64,000 nt of DNA, from assembly GCF_009914755.1 (NCBI RefSeq), contig NC_060942.1. One strand, 5' to 3'. This DNA comes from the human T2T-CHM13v2.0 reference genome, Homo sapiens. Under the pieces are notes generated by a model. The model was not told the origin of the DNA, ran no database searches, and saw nothing but the letters and a program-made list of their open reading frames with translations. Of this stretch, positions 24,763-38,796 are shown piece by piece (positions within the stretch are counted from its first letter, which is position 1; every line of letters starts with the position of its first letter). Both the position numbers and the translations under genes were made by a program.

Positions 24763-25079
24763 GATAGATATATACATTGAGTAGTGGCATTACTGTTTTT
24801 TCTTCCTTTAGTCAGCAGTTTTTATTTATGTTATTGTCTTTCAAAAGGAAATTGAGATCTTTATGAGAGGGTCTATTCACTCAAGGGTTTCTTCCATGTG
24901 TCTATAGCATTGTTGATAATTCAGGAATAGGATCAAGTGGGTCCTTATTTTCTCACAATTATCTGCATAACTATCTTAGTAAAACCTGAACCTTATTCCT
25001 ATTTTGATTGCAAAAGTAAATATCTGGAACATTCCTGATTATAGATCACTCAATAGGAAACTAAAATTTTCTTTCTTAG

Positions 25080-26140
25080 AAAAGGAAACATACTGTTGGT
25101 GATACTATAAATTAGTACAGCAACTTTGGAAAACAGTATGGAGGTTCCTCAAAAAACTAAAGGTAGAATTACCATATGATCCCATATCTGCATATATATC
25201 CAAAGGAATTGAAATCAGTATGTCAAAGAGATGTCTGCCCTACAGTGTTTCATTGTAGGATTATTCACAATAACCAAGATATGAAAACAACAGAAATGCT
25301 TGTCAAAGGATGGATTTTTGTAAATGTGTATATACACAATGGAATACTATTCAGCCTTTAAAAAGCAAGAAATTCTGTCAGTTATGATAACATGGATGAA
25401 CCTAGCGGACATTATGCTAAGTGAAATAAGCCAGACACAGAGAGACAAATACTGTATTATTTACATGGGATCTAAAAAAGTAGAGCTCATAGAAGTAGAG
25501 GATATAATAGTGATTACTGGAGGCTGTGGTTGGGGGAGGGGAAATTTCAATTAAGAGGAATAAGTTCTATGATCTCTTGTACAGCATGATGACTCTAGTT
25601 AATGTATATTTCAAAATAGCTGAAAGAGGATTTTTGGCCTTTTTTTTTTTTTTTTTTTTTTTTTTAAGAGACAGAGTCTTGCTCTGTCATCTGGGCTGGA
25701 GTGCTATAGCATGATTATAGATCACTGTAGCCTTGAACTCCTGGGCTCAAGTGATCCTGTTGCCTCAGCCTCCAGAATAGCTGGAACTACAGACACACAC
25801 CACTGCACCTGGCTAATATTTTATTTTAATTTTTTTCATTTCCCACTATAAGAAGCCATAATTTTTTTTATTTTTTGTAGAGGCAGGATCTTACTTTGTT
25901 GCCCAGGCTTGTCTTGAATTCCTGGCTTCAAGCAATCCTCCTAACTCAACCTCCCAAAGTGCTACGATTACAGGTGTGAGCCACAGTGCCCAGCCAAAAG
26001 AGGGTTTTTTAATGTTCTCGCCACAAAGAAATGATAAATGTTTGAGGTGATGGATCTATTAATTAGCCTGATTGGATTACACCAGTGTATACATGTAATG
26101 AAACATCACATTGTGTCCCATAAATATATACAATTATTAT
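25080..26140 (+). mobile_element. L1MA 3' end interrupted by an AluJ (-, ~25640-25995)
   Basis: ggaaaacagtatggaggttcctcaaaaaactaa...atgataaatgtttgaggtgatgga. Confidence 0.85.
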
Positions 26141-26145
26141 TTGTC

Positions 26146-26437
26146 TTTTTTTTTTTTTTTTTGAGACGGAGTCTCACTCTGTCACCTGGGCTGGAGTGCA
26201 GTGGTGCAATCTTGTCTCACTGCAGCCTCCACCTCCTGGGTTCAAGCAATTCTCCTGCCTCCTGAGTAGCTGGGATTACAGGTGCCCGCCACTACGCCCA
26301 GCTAATTTTTTGTATTTTTAGTAGAGATGGGGTTTCACCGTGTTGGCCAGGCTGGTCTCGAACTCCTGACCTAGTGATTCGCCCGTCTCGGCCGTCCAAA
26401 GTGCTGGGATTATAGGTGTGAGCCACCACGCCTGGCC
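26146..26437 (-). mobile_element. AluS
   Basis: TSD tacaattattattt. Confidence 0.92.
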
Positions 26438-27184
26438 TACAATTATTATTTATCAATTAAAAATACTCAAAGGCCAAGATTAACAACTTGTTCTTATAGT
26501 TGCATGAAATGAAATTGTGCTAACTGGTGCCAGCACCAAAAGGCCAGGTATTCACTTTGTGTCCACAACATTTGGCACAACACAATGGTCATGGTAGCTG
26601 CTTTACCTTTCTGACTAACTTCTCTCTAGAACATCTGTTTCTCTTGAACTCGTCTTGCTCCTGATCACCTGGTCATAGCGAGCTCTTTGCAGTTCTCAAT
26701 GCATACCATGTACTTGGCAGCTTCGGGCCTCTGCATGTGCTTTTTCCTTTAGGTCTCACTTTGGAGACTGCCCTCCACCCCAACCCCACTGCATTATGAG
26801 GGGCCACTTTTTTTCACAGTTCTGGTGACCCTGTAGTTTCTTGTTTCTGATCATTACCAACTGCCTGTGAGCTCTTTGCAGACCTGAGTGGTCTCACTTG
26901 TACCCCCAACACCTAGTTTGTTGCCCAGCACATAGCACAAACTGCAGATTCCAAGACTTACTACATTTAATAAGTTCTACTTCTTCCACACTAAGAACTA
27001 AGGTCCTTTCTGAGCACATGATTGGAAAGTAGATAAAAAGTAGTAAAGATAGAAACTCTCAGGTGGGAAGTTGTCCACATTACTTCATTTGCAAGTGAGG
27101 GACACTGTGGATTCTTGACTTTTCTGTTTCGCAGAAAGGTCTTTGGGCATTTCTAAAGAATATTTGAAAATTGAAGTGTGGAGA

Positions 27185-28650
27185 TAAAACTATAAAACCT
27201 TTAGAAGAAGATACAGGAGTAAATCTTCATAACCCTGGATTATGCAGTGGTTTCTTAGATATGACACCAAAAGCACAAGCAACAACAAGAAAAATAAACA
27301 GATAAACTGGACTTCATCAAAATTAAAGACTTGTGTGCTCTCTTCAAAGGACACCATCAAGAAAGTGAAAAGTCAGCCCCCGAATGGGAGGAAATATTTG
27401 CAAATCATACACAAATGACCTCCAACTTATGATGGTTCAACCTGAGTTTTTTTTGTTTTTGTTTTTTGTTTTTTGAGACAGAGTCTTGCTCTGTCGCCAG
27501 GCTGGAGTGCAGTGGTGCAATCTCAGCTCACTGCAACCTCACTTGAATCACTGGGTTCAAGTGATTCTCCTGCCTCAGCCTCCCGAATAGCTGGGACTAC
27601 AGGTTCATGCCACCACACCCAGCTAATTTTTGTATTTTTAGTAGAAACGGGGTTTCCCCATGTTGGCCAGGATGACCTCGATTTCTTGACCTCATGATCT
27701 GCCCGAATCGGCCTCCTAAAGTCCTGGGATTATAGGCATGAGCCACACCGTGCCCGGCCCCAACTTGAGATTTTTTTTAACATTATGATGGGTTTACCAG
27801 GACATAACCCATCCTAAATTGAGAAGCATTTGTATCTGATGATAAGGGACCTACATCCAGAATTATGAAGAACTCTTAAAATTCAATAATAAAAAGACAG
27901 AAGATGATGGTCAGAATCTGAACACAGTTCTCCAACATGGCTACTGAATACACGAAAAGATATTTCATACCTACTAGGCTGACTCACAGACACAGTACAA
28001 GTGGTGAAGATGTAAAGAAATTGGAACCATCACACATTGCTCCTAGGATTGTAAAATGGTGGAGTCACTTTGGAAGTTTGGCAGTTCCTCAAAAATTTAA
28101 ACAGAGTTACCATATGACCCAACAATTCCATTCAGGCATATACCCGAGATAACTGAAAACAGATGTCCACACAAAAACCTATATATGAATGTTCATGGCA
28201 GTAGTGTTTATAATATGCATAAGACAGAAATTTCAACATAGCTAAAAGAGTGTTTTTTGAATGTCCAGCCACTGTTGAATAAAAAAAATGTGGTTTTTCC
28301 ATACAGTGGAATAGTAATGTTGTCATAAAAAATTACTGATATATGCTAGAACATGAATGACCCTTGAAAACACTGTATTAATTGCAAGAAGCCAGACACC
28401 AAAGACCACATATTGTGTGACTCCATTTATATGGAATGTTCAGAATAGGAAAATAAATAGAAATAGACAAGTGGTTGCCAGAGGGATAGGGAGAATGGGG
28501 AGCAACTTCTAATGAGTATGGGGTTTCTTTTTAGGGTGATGAAAATATTCTGGAATTAGATAGTAACCATGGTTGTACAACTCTGAGTATACTAAAAACA
28601 CAATTCTACACATTGGAAAGGTAAATTTTATGTGAATTATCTATCCTTAA
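27185..28650 (+). mobile_element. L1M 3' region containing a small Tigger MITE (MER47C-like, ~27412-27832) that carries an Alu (-, ~27447-27760)
   Basis: L1 ORF2 end/3' UTR motifs; MITE ends caaatgacctccaacttatgatgg / catcctaaattgagaagcatttg. Confidence 0.75.
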
Positions 28651-30353
28651 AAAAATAAACATTACCTTAAATTTAATGTAGACATTTAAGTTTTAAATCC
28701 TGTAAAGAGAAGCAGCAGAGATGCAACATAGGCTCAGACTTTAAGCAGCTCTAATTTCATGGCTTTCCTGGGCCTCCACCATATTGCCATAGGGCCTGTC
28801 ACATGCTTATGCATCCTACTGGCTGCAGCAGTGCATCCTGAAGACAGCTCAGTATAGCCATGGGCTACTTTTCTAGTCATGGGCTGTGGAACCTGGAACA
28901 TGTGACCAGAATACCACTGACCCTGTGGACCAGCAAGCCTAAGTTAAAGGCAGCCATCATGAGGATGAAAAGGAGACCCTCACCAGCCAGAAGGGGATGT
29001 ATGGGGTAAGCAGAACCCTATTAGAGAGAAAAGCCAACAGGAATGACTGGGAAAACAGCAGGAGGGGACAAAAATTGGTGTGCCTTGGTGACACAAAAAA
29101 CTCTGGGATGACGGAGTTGATGACAATCGAGGCCAAAATCATCTTCAACATACCCTAGTTCTAAAGTATGCACTATTCTCCCCCTCAGCACAGCCCTTTG
29201 GGCCTTTTACACAATGGTGACTTCTAATTTGGTCCCTACTCAGATTTTAGAACTCCCAAGTAATGTTCCCAAATGGATCATATTCACGAGGAGTAGTACC
29301 AGTGAATTAACTGGGTCTCAAAATACAATTGCACATTTCAGACACTGCTTTAAAGTTGTGTCCTCTCATTTTCTCATTCCTGTTCAGTTATAATAGGCAG
29401 TCTTCCTCTTATTCACCAGGGGATTCCATCCCTCTGATTCAGGACCATGGTATATGGAATCGCCCTGCCTTCTCATCTTCAGCCTCTCGCTGTACAGGAT
29501 CCATCCTCTTAGCACTTTTTTTCCTCTTAGTAAACTATTGCTGTGTAACACAGAGAAATACTCATAGCTCTGATCACAAATCTGAGTCAGATGCCTCTTG
29601 AAGAATGGACTTCTGAGGAGCACCGTACTCGCCCCAGCACAGCTCTCACACAGGAGTTTGCTGAAAGTCTCCTGCCTGTGTGCCTCCCAGTATGAGCTCT
29701 GTGAGGGCCGTAACCCCAGGGTATAAGTAACTCAACTAGAATATGTGCAATACACTTCTCTGTGTCCTGATGTTAAACTTAAAATGAAATAGTTTTCAGA
29801 ATAAAAATAAATTTGTATATATTAGTTATTTGAAAAGAATATCTCAATTTTTCTTTTAAAAACGTTATGATAGAAACAGTTTTTCACAGTCTACTTGTTT
29901 TAATTAATTACAATTTGTATTTTCCATTTTGATGCTCAAGTTGTTAAACCTTGGCCAGTAAGCTGTAAGCTGGCTTCTTTGTTCAGCTCCATCAGAACTT
30001 TGAAGGCATCCCCTGCTTGCTTCTCTGCAAAGAAAAGTTCCAGGACCATCTTCACTCCTTCAGCCCCTGACATGGAAGCAGCCACTGTCCAAGAGATCTT
30101 GCTACTTTTGAGCAGAAATTCACACTGATACCAAAAACCCAAGATCGGGATGCTTTTACTCAGGAACAGTAATGGTGCTGCTACATTAGACCACGCCAGA
30201 GACAGAACTGGAAGAGATAAATTCCTTTAAAAAATCGTAAGTTTGCATATCTTATCACTTAACATTACTTGAATGTTTTAACCCTTCAACCAAATAATAG
30301 TATCTTTTCTAACTTGATAAATCATACAATTACCCCTTTAATGAAAATTCGTG

Positions 30354-30653
<300 letters not shown>

Positions 30654-30679
30654 TCTTAATTATGACTAAGAATTACTCG

Positions 30680-30910
30680 AGAGGTAGTATAGCCTACTGC
30701 TTAAGCTTGTAGTCTTTGTAGTCCTGCCCTGGTACAGTACCTGGCTGTGCCATTTATTAACTGTGTAATCTTCAACAAATTCTCAATTTGAGTGTTTCTT
30801 TATATGTAAAATGAAGATATTAACAGTACCTACCTCATAAAAACTTTGTTGAGGTCTCAGTGAGATGGTGCATGAAAAACACCTAGAAGAGCAGATGGAA
30901 TATTGATCAA
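30680..30910. mobile_element. MIR
   Basis: tgtaaaatgaagatattaacagtacctacctcata core. Confidence 0.75.
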
Positions 30911-31072
30911 TGTATCTATTAAGTATTAATATCAATACTAACAATAAAACCACTGGTGACCAACAAGATTTTAGCACCCACCCTACACTGGTTCTCCTTT
31001 GAATACATCCCACTAATAATACAGGCAAATTGTTTTGGGGTATTTGTAAAAATTTTTTGGTTGTGATTATTC

Positions 31073-31478
31073 TGACAGACTCTTCTTTAGACAGGCTTCT
31101 CTGAGCCCTCTTTTCAACTAGGCCTCATCCTTGGGCTCTGTCTTTGGCTTGCCTAGCCCAGTTTTAGCAAGAATCCTGCTAAATCAGTTTAGTGAGAATT
31201 CTCCACCCTTGATATCTGACCACTCTGGCCTGCCTTCAGCAAGAATCCTGTCAAAGTCAGTTTAGCAAGAATCTCCCTACCCATGATGTCTCCTTGGTAG
31301 TTTTCCATCCACTGACCCCCTCACTCTGCTCACTGGCTACAAAGCCCCAGCTGTCTTTGCTATATTGAGTTTAACCCAATCTCTCTCCCTTACTGTGATA
31401 GTCTTGACACCTATAGCTGTAGTCCTGAATAGAATTTTCCCTACCATTTTAACGTGTCAGTGATTTTTTTCTTTAACA
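31073..31478 (+). mobile_element. MER31-family ERV1 LTR
   Basis: TG...CA termini; repeated cagttttagcaagaatcctg motif. Confidence 0.75.
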
Positions 31479-31772
31479 ATATCAACACTTTTCTGATACA
31501 TCTTTAGTTGTTTATGTTCAATTGAAGGCAGGTTGGTGTTCTAAGACAGACTTACTTTGGTAGCTACTTTCACTTATGATCGTTTCTTGAAGTGGCATGT
31601 AGGTACTGAAGTTAAAGAAACCCTGATCCGTGAATTCACTTCATGAAATGTAGAAAACCCAAATGATCCAATCTCCAAAATTACATACAAGAGGTCCTTT
31701 CAGCCTCTGTTGGGTCTTCCTGTAATGACTCAATGCAGAGTCGGAAGTACAAGATGTATATAAATGATTTTC

Positions 31773-32075
<303 letters not shown>

Positions 32076-32934
32076 TCACTTTCTCTGAAATAATTCCAAA
32101 TTATTGGAATTAAGAGACATTAAAATATAGTTTCCATTTTTTTATGTCATCCAAAAAACCTGTGGTGGTATAATCATACCAAGGGCTACTGAGTCTTTTA
32201 TGGTAAGGCAGATGATGGTCAGACCCCAAACTGCATTTGTTTCTCTTTCACTCTGCCATCCTCAGAAGAATTAAAAGAACTGTGCTAGACAGAGAAATGA
32301 AATAAGAAAATATAGAGGAATTTGCCCAGGTGGAGAATGGGGTTCTTAAGTTTAAAATAAAGTAGATGACAAGGGAGAGCATCAGGAAGAATAGCTAATG
32401 CATGCAGGGTGATGGTTGATAGGTGCACCAAACCACCATGGTATATGTTTACCCATGTAACAAACTTGCACATTCTGCACGCATCAACTTAAAAATAAGG
32501 CAGATGAAAAGCACTTCTTTGGCTTGTCATGAAGGCCTGCTATTACAATTGCTTTTATTGGAACAAAAAGTCCTTTTACACCCTCTAAAGGTTTGCCATA
32601 TGTGAGAAGAATATTTGAGGTAACATGTTGGATGCCTAGAACAGTGGTTCCCAAAACAGACCTGGAACTTAAGTGGTCATCATAATTACCTAGAGGGCTA
32701 GTTAAAAAGATATATTGCTGGTCCCCAGCCTCAGATTTTCTGATTCCGTAAGTCTGGGGGCCCAAGAATTTGCATGTCTAACAAGTTCCCATCTGAGGCT
32801 AATCCTACTGGCCTAACGAACCTGCTGGCTTGGAAGAAATATGTTGTCTAGAATATCCCTAGCAATAGTTCACTGTAACTCTGCTTTATTGATGTGAATA
32901 CAAATAATTGCTTTGAAAAAAACAATTGGAGATG

Positions 32935-33746
<812 letters not shown>

Positions 33747-34799
33747 TAACTAAAAAAAAAAAAAAAAAAGTGTAACATCCTCTCACAAGCCCCCATCCTT
33801 CAATAGTGCGTTTAGCTGACATCTTGCTTTTTAGCTTGAATACTTGGATAACGTTAATTTTACTATCACATGAAATGTTATGCAAAATGTAGACTTGGTG
33901 ATGGTGGAGCTGCAACAGAACATATCAGTGTAAGAGGAAGCATCATATAGTGGTTAAGGAGCACCAGCTTGGAGTCAAACTTGGAGCCAGGTTTGAATCT
34001 CATCTTCACCATCTGACTCGTTCAGAGTCACACAGACCTTACATTATTTTCATTGCCCAGATATAAAAGTGGAATAATTAGAGTATTTACCACAAAGGAT
34101 AAGCGAGGTGCTTGGAACAGTTCCTGGTGCACAGTAAGTACCATATATGTGAGCTACCATTATCATCTGTTATAGACCATATATTGCTTTGTAGGGCATG
34201 TTTCTCAAAGTGCAGTCTATGAATTACCTGCATTAGAATCATCTGAGTAGCTTGTTTAAAATGCAGATTTCTGCATCTATCCCAAATCTTCTGAAACAGA
34301 ATCTCTGGGTATGGGTTCCACTGTATAAAACCTATTGCAGAAGCAAAAAAGTGGATGGGAATGGGAAGTATCTGAATTCAGATAAAGTGACCAGATGCCA
34401 CCCAGGAATAGAGAACCAGGGGTGCTGTGGCCAGAGGACTACATTTCCCCAACTTTTTAGATGATGGTAAGAATCACAGAAAATTTTCTCAGTAGGTATG
34501 TATCCTTTTTGTAAATGCTCCAATTGAGTTTACCAAAAAGTATGGCACACACTGCCCTGGAGATTCTCACAGATTTCTAGTATCTTCAGTTTTGCTTTAA
34601 ATTCAAGGAGTGGTAAAAGGGCATGGGCTCCAGGAGGTTGACAGTACCAATTGAATCTGTTCACTCAAAAGCACTTAATAAAGCACTACTAAGCAGTGGA
34701 CCACAAAAGAATATGTGATCTTGTTCTTTTCCCATAAGGAACTTGCTATATAATTATAAAAACCATACTTTATTATCTTATTACCTGGAATTTGTTTAG

Positions 34800-35183
34800 A
34801 GCAGTGGTTGTCAGAATGTGGTCCCTAACCCCAGTGGCATCAGCATCAAGTTGTTTGAACTGTAAACCATCAGGCCTTACCCCAGACCTACTGAATCAGA
34901 AGCTCTGGGAGTGGGGCCCAACTATCTGTAGTTTATAAATCCTCTAGGTCAGGGATGTCCAATCTTCTGACTTCCCTGGGCCACCCTGAAGAAGAATTGT
35001 CTTGGGCTGCACATAAAATACACTAATGATAGCTAATGAGCTAAAAAAAAAATCTCATAATGTTTTAGTTTACAAATTTGTGTTGCACCACACTCAAAGC
35101 CGTCCTGGGTCACGTGCAGCTCACAGGTTGGACAAACTGGCTCTAGGTAATTCTGATGCTCGCTCAAGTTTGGGAACTACTGG
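34800..35183. mobile_element. MER5A interrupted by MER30 (34950-35140)
   Basis: MER5A motifs (ccccagacctactgaatcagaa...tggggccca); MER30 flanked by a perfect 8-bp TSD ctctaggt. Confidence 0.85.
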
Positions 35184-35343
35184 CCAAGTAAATCTCCTCC
35201 TTCAGCAGTCTCTCTACCATAACATCAGAATTATTTCCAGTACTTTGCTTCCCTCCCAGTCCATTAATCTTTCCCCTTCCCACCCCATATCCAATGAATC
35301 AGATTCACAAAACAACCTACACATTTCAAAAAGAACATAAAAC

Positions 35344-35349
35344 TTTATT
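35344..35349 (-). terminator. Distal poly(A) signal AATAAA of RPRD1A
   Basis: tttatt on the + strand; a T/GT-rich tract follows on the - strand (tatgttctttttgaaatgtgtaggttgttttgtg). Confidence 0.7.
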
Positions 35350-37366
35350 AAGAACATCTTATACTGTCATCAGATACAGCCAAAGAAGAACGGGTAAACA
35401 AACAGGGAAAGTTCATCTTCCCATGTGCTATTGCCACCTCAGAACAGACTCCTGTGTGGATGGCTGGAACAACAGTTGGCAACAAATGCTCTGTATAAAT
35501 AATTCATTAAGTAACACAATGTTTCCTTTCTATACAGAGAAGAACTGGGCTTACATTTTAAGTTTTGATATAGTGCAACAACTATGAAACAAGACTACAT
35601 CCTTAGGAGCTATTTCTTAATAGAATACAAAGCAGTTTAGTAGCTTTATGTTATTTCAGATAATGTAATTTTTTTAATGAAAAATTCAGAAAGGACATTC
35701 TAACTTTCCCAATTAGTTAATTTGTACTGTTGAGTTTTTTCTCTCTAAAGATTTCTCAGAATCAGTTCAGTAACTATACTTTAAAAAGATGAGTTGCTCA
35801 TCTACAGTGATAACTGACAACTTAGTTTTGTGATTTTGCAAATCAAGATGCCTGGGTCATCCCCACTTTTGCTGATTCTGAAAGATTTCTTATAGAAAAA
35901 CCCTGATTCAGAGTGCATGTGATAGGAGATACCAAAATAGCTGCATCTGGACAGGGAGGTTGGCTATTGAGCACAGCTGATTCTCAGATTCCTGGTTCCC
36001 CTCTATGGTCCTTTTACTTACTGTAGTGATGGAAGGAGAGAAGGAGCGCCCGAGAATCTGTTCAGATTGTGACTCCAGACAGCTCTCTGCACTGTATGTG
36101 GAGAAAAGAGTGATGGCATCCATTCAAACCATAGCAGCCCTACGGCACCATGCTTTTCTCTTGAGGGGTCAGACCAAACTGCACTCAAAGATGCATGATC
36201 TGCCTCAGGTGCACAGTGGAGAAAACGCTCATGATTTACAATTTGGTATTATAATACCCCCAACTAATCCCATTTCTTGAGAAAATGAAGTCTTCCTTTT
36301 AGGAAGAATGTTTGCTGCTAAGGCTTACCATGTTAATTATCACACGGCTGAAAAGATGACTTCTAAATCAGACTGTATTGTCTGTGTTCAGTTAATACGT
36401 TAACCAACAACTGAAGTTTGTGGAGGATTGGTCGAGGGGTGGGATTCAGGTTTTTGAGTACTATCACTTATCACAAATCTCATCAAGCTCTTTAAAAAAA
36501 TAATGCATTTTTATCATAAATATTTAGAGCAGATACTGGCATTAAAATCAGTATCTAAGTCAGAAGTCTGTCTGAAATGGTGAAAATATTTCAACAAACT
36601 TCTAAAAGATTTCAAATCTTCCCAGGAGTACATAGTTTATAAATTAGTTTTAAATGGAAAAAAATATATATTTTGAATGGATAAATCACCACTTTAGCAG
36701 ATCATAAATAAGGTCAAGATATTGAAAATAAGTTAACATACAAGTTTTTGCTTTCACATTAATAATAAAAACTAACTTACTTAGTATACTTTCATAACAT
36801 GTACAACCAGGTTTCATAATTGTGCATCTGTCACCTCCCCACTTGGCTGAATCTTTTTCTTCCATTTCCTACACCTAGGGACAGAGGTACACAGACATCC
36901 CAGGGTGTGAGTGTGGCTGCTGCATGCTGTGTCCTAGTTAGAGCAGTGTTACAAATGCTGGTCAGGATCTATGATTAGTAACCTGTGAACCACGTTACAA
37001 GTGAAGGACATTCATGGTTAGGTGGATTCAGTTCCCAGGTGAGCTATCAGCGGTAGTGTTAGGGAACCTAACTACTATTCTTTCTGTGAGAAAATGCACC
37101 CCAAGTCCCAAAAGTTGACTAAAAACTTTGGAATAAGCCATGTATTATTAGTAGTGCATGGATGAGCACTACTTATATGTGTCTCTGTTTTGGAGAGAGG
37201 TCAAATTGTTAAAAGAACTATTTGCAGAACTACTTGGCTATTAAAAATAAATGTCTGCCTTCTTCATATGCAATTCATTGTAACTATAATTTCTAATACT
37301 GAGAAAGAAACAATGAAGCCATTCAGACTAGAGAGACATAATTGGCTTGTGGGATTTTCAAGATGT

Positions 37367-37372
37367 TTTATT
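37367..37372 (-). terminator. Candidate proximal poly(A) signal AATAAA in the RPRD1A 3' UTR
   Basis: tttatt on the + strand, ~1.3 kb past the stop codon. Confidence 0.45.
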
Positions 37373-38646
37373 GACTATCTAATTTGAATCTACTTACAAA
37401 GAGAAGAAAAATGTCTAGTATGTAAAGCAATGAATGAAAATAAATGTTTATCCTAAGTCATTATTGAGTACAAATCCACAGCTTAACAATGTGTTTTTAA
37501 CAGCAGGAGAGCATGCAACTGCTCTAACACACAGGGTCAGAAATAAAAGGTAAAAGTACATTTGTTTTGTAACTGTAAATATACAAATATAAAATTTACC
37601 ATATCTACCCTGTAGTGTGGCACTGCTTAACTGCCAAATATACAGTCATTCAAAAACCTTAAGGAAACATTGAAAATGTCTCAGGCTACTTTACTGAACA
37701 TTAACGAATATTGTGTTCTTGAGCTATTAGAGCTAAAAGTATTATTTTTAAAGTTATATGAGCAAGGGAATAATAAAAGTATCATTTCACGTGTCTTTTA
37801 ATCCCATAGACGGCTTTTTGTTAAAGGGATTAATTATGTTAAAAGGAAACTGATTTGACAAATAGAAACCAGTTCCAGAACCAAAGTTGTCCTCTTGGTA
37901 GAATGTCAAAATGTATATTATTTCCAAAGTATTTTCATTATTAATCTACTCAAATAATTACAAACAGTTTAATCAAGGGAGTCACTATTTAACACTTTTA
38001 AAATCTACACTGGCAGTTGGAATGGAACTTTTACAATGCTATTAAGGAACAGTTCTCTAGACTTTCATCTGCCCCTCAAAGTGACATCCCTGTTTTATGT
38101 TAAATTACCGACCTCTAAGGAATCAAAGGCATGTAGAGACACAGAATTGATATTTTGTTTGGGGAGAAGGGTAAAGATTATGTTGGAACATTTAGTCCCT
38201 TCTACAATCAAGTCCTAACTATACCATAATAAAGTCTCAATCAACTCCTAATTAGTTCTTCCCCTTCAGGAATTACATAGTATACAGTGATTAAATGCTG
38301 AAGAAAATAAAGAAAAACAATTGAAAATACCTGAAGAAATACAAACAAGAGATTTCTCACAAGGCCTTGGATCAAAAAAAAAATTTACAAAAAGATCTTT
38401 TGAAAATAATCACTATTTGTGAGCTTATTAATACACACAAATCATCACTTTGTTCAAATTAAGTCATGTTAATTTACCAATAAAATAGTAAACAAACCAA
38501 CATTTTAAACAATTTTATAAATTACTCGTTGTTCCTTTTGTTAGTGTTTCTTTCTCAACAATATACAAAAATAACACTACAGGACTATCCACCTAACCTG
38601 TCTCCATCTCTTGCAAAGTCCTGGGACCTGGAAAGAGGCTGGTCCA

Positions 38647-38796
38647 TCAATCTTCACTGTAGATGTCTCCCGCAAAGGGCAGGTGCATGTGGCTGCCAGT
38701 GACATTGGGCAATCGAGATAAGTCTGGCAGGCTCTGGATCCGGGACCTGAGTTCTTTGCGCACCAGGGAAACTCTGGCTAGCTTGCGCTTGTACTC
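38647..38796 (-). CDS. RPRD1A: RPRD1A (regulation of nuclear pre-mRNA domain containing 1A) last coding exon, EYKRKLARVSLVRKELRSRIQSLPDLSRLPNVTGSHMHLPFAGDIYSED*
   Basis: Minus-strand acceptor ttgatgttacag|GAG; 49 codons + TGA (38649-38647). The peptide matches the RPRD1A/RPRD1B C-terminus (IQSLPDLS..LP.AGD.) as I recall it. Upstream exons lie beyond the window. Confidence 0.95.
   Translation of the reverse strand, partial: EYKRKLARVSLVRKELRSRIQSLPDLSRLPNVTGSHMHLPFAGDIYSED

Larger units (their letters stand above)
35320..38646 (-). other. RPRD1A: RPRD1A 3' UTR (~3.3 kb, AT-rich, no recognisable interspersed repeats)
   Basis: Repeat-free stretch running from the stop codon to the AATAAA at 35344-35349; transposon-dense sequence resumes below ~35190. 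Confidence 0.75.

Noticed and set aside
29936-30142. 68-aa minus-strand ORF as a possible extra RPRD1A exon
   Set aside because: Sequence resembles an old L1 3' UTR fragment, the start is non-ATG, and there is no protein similarity
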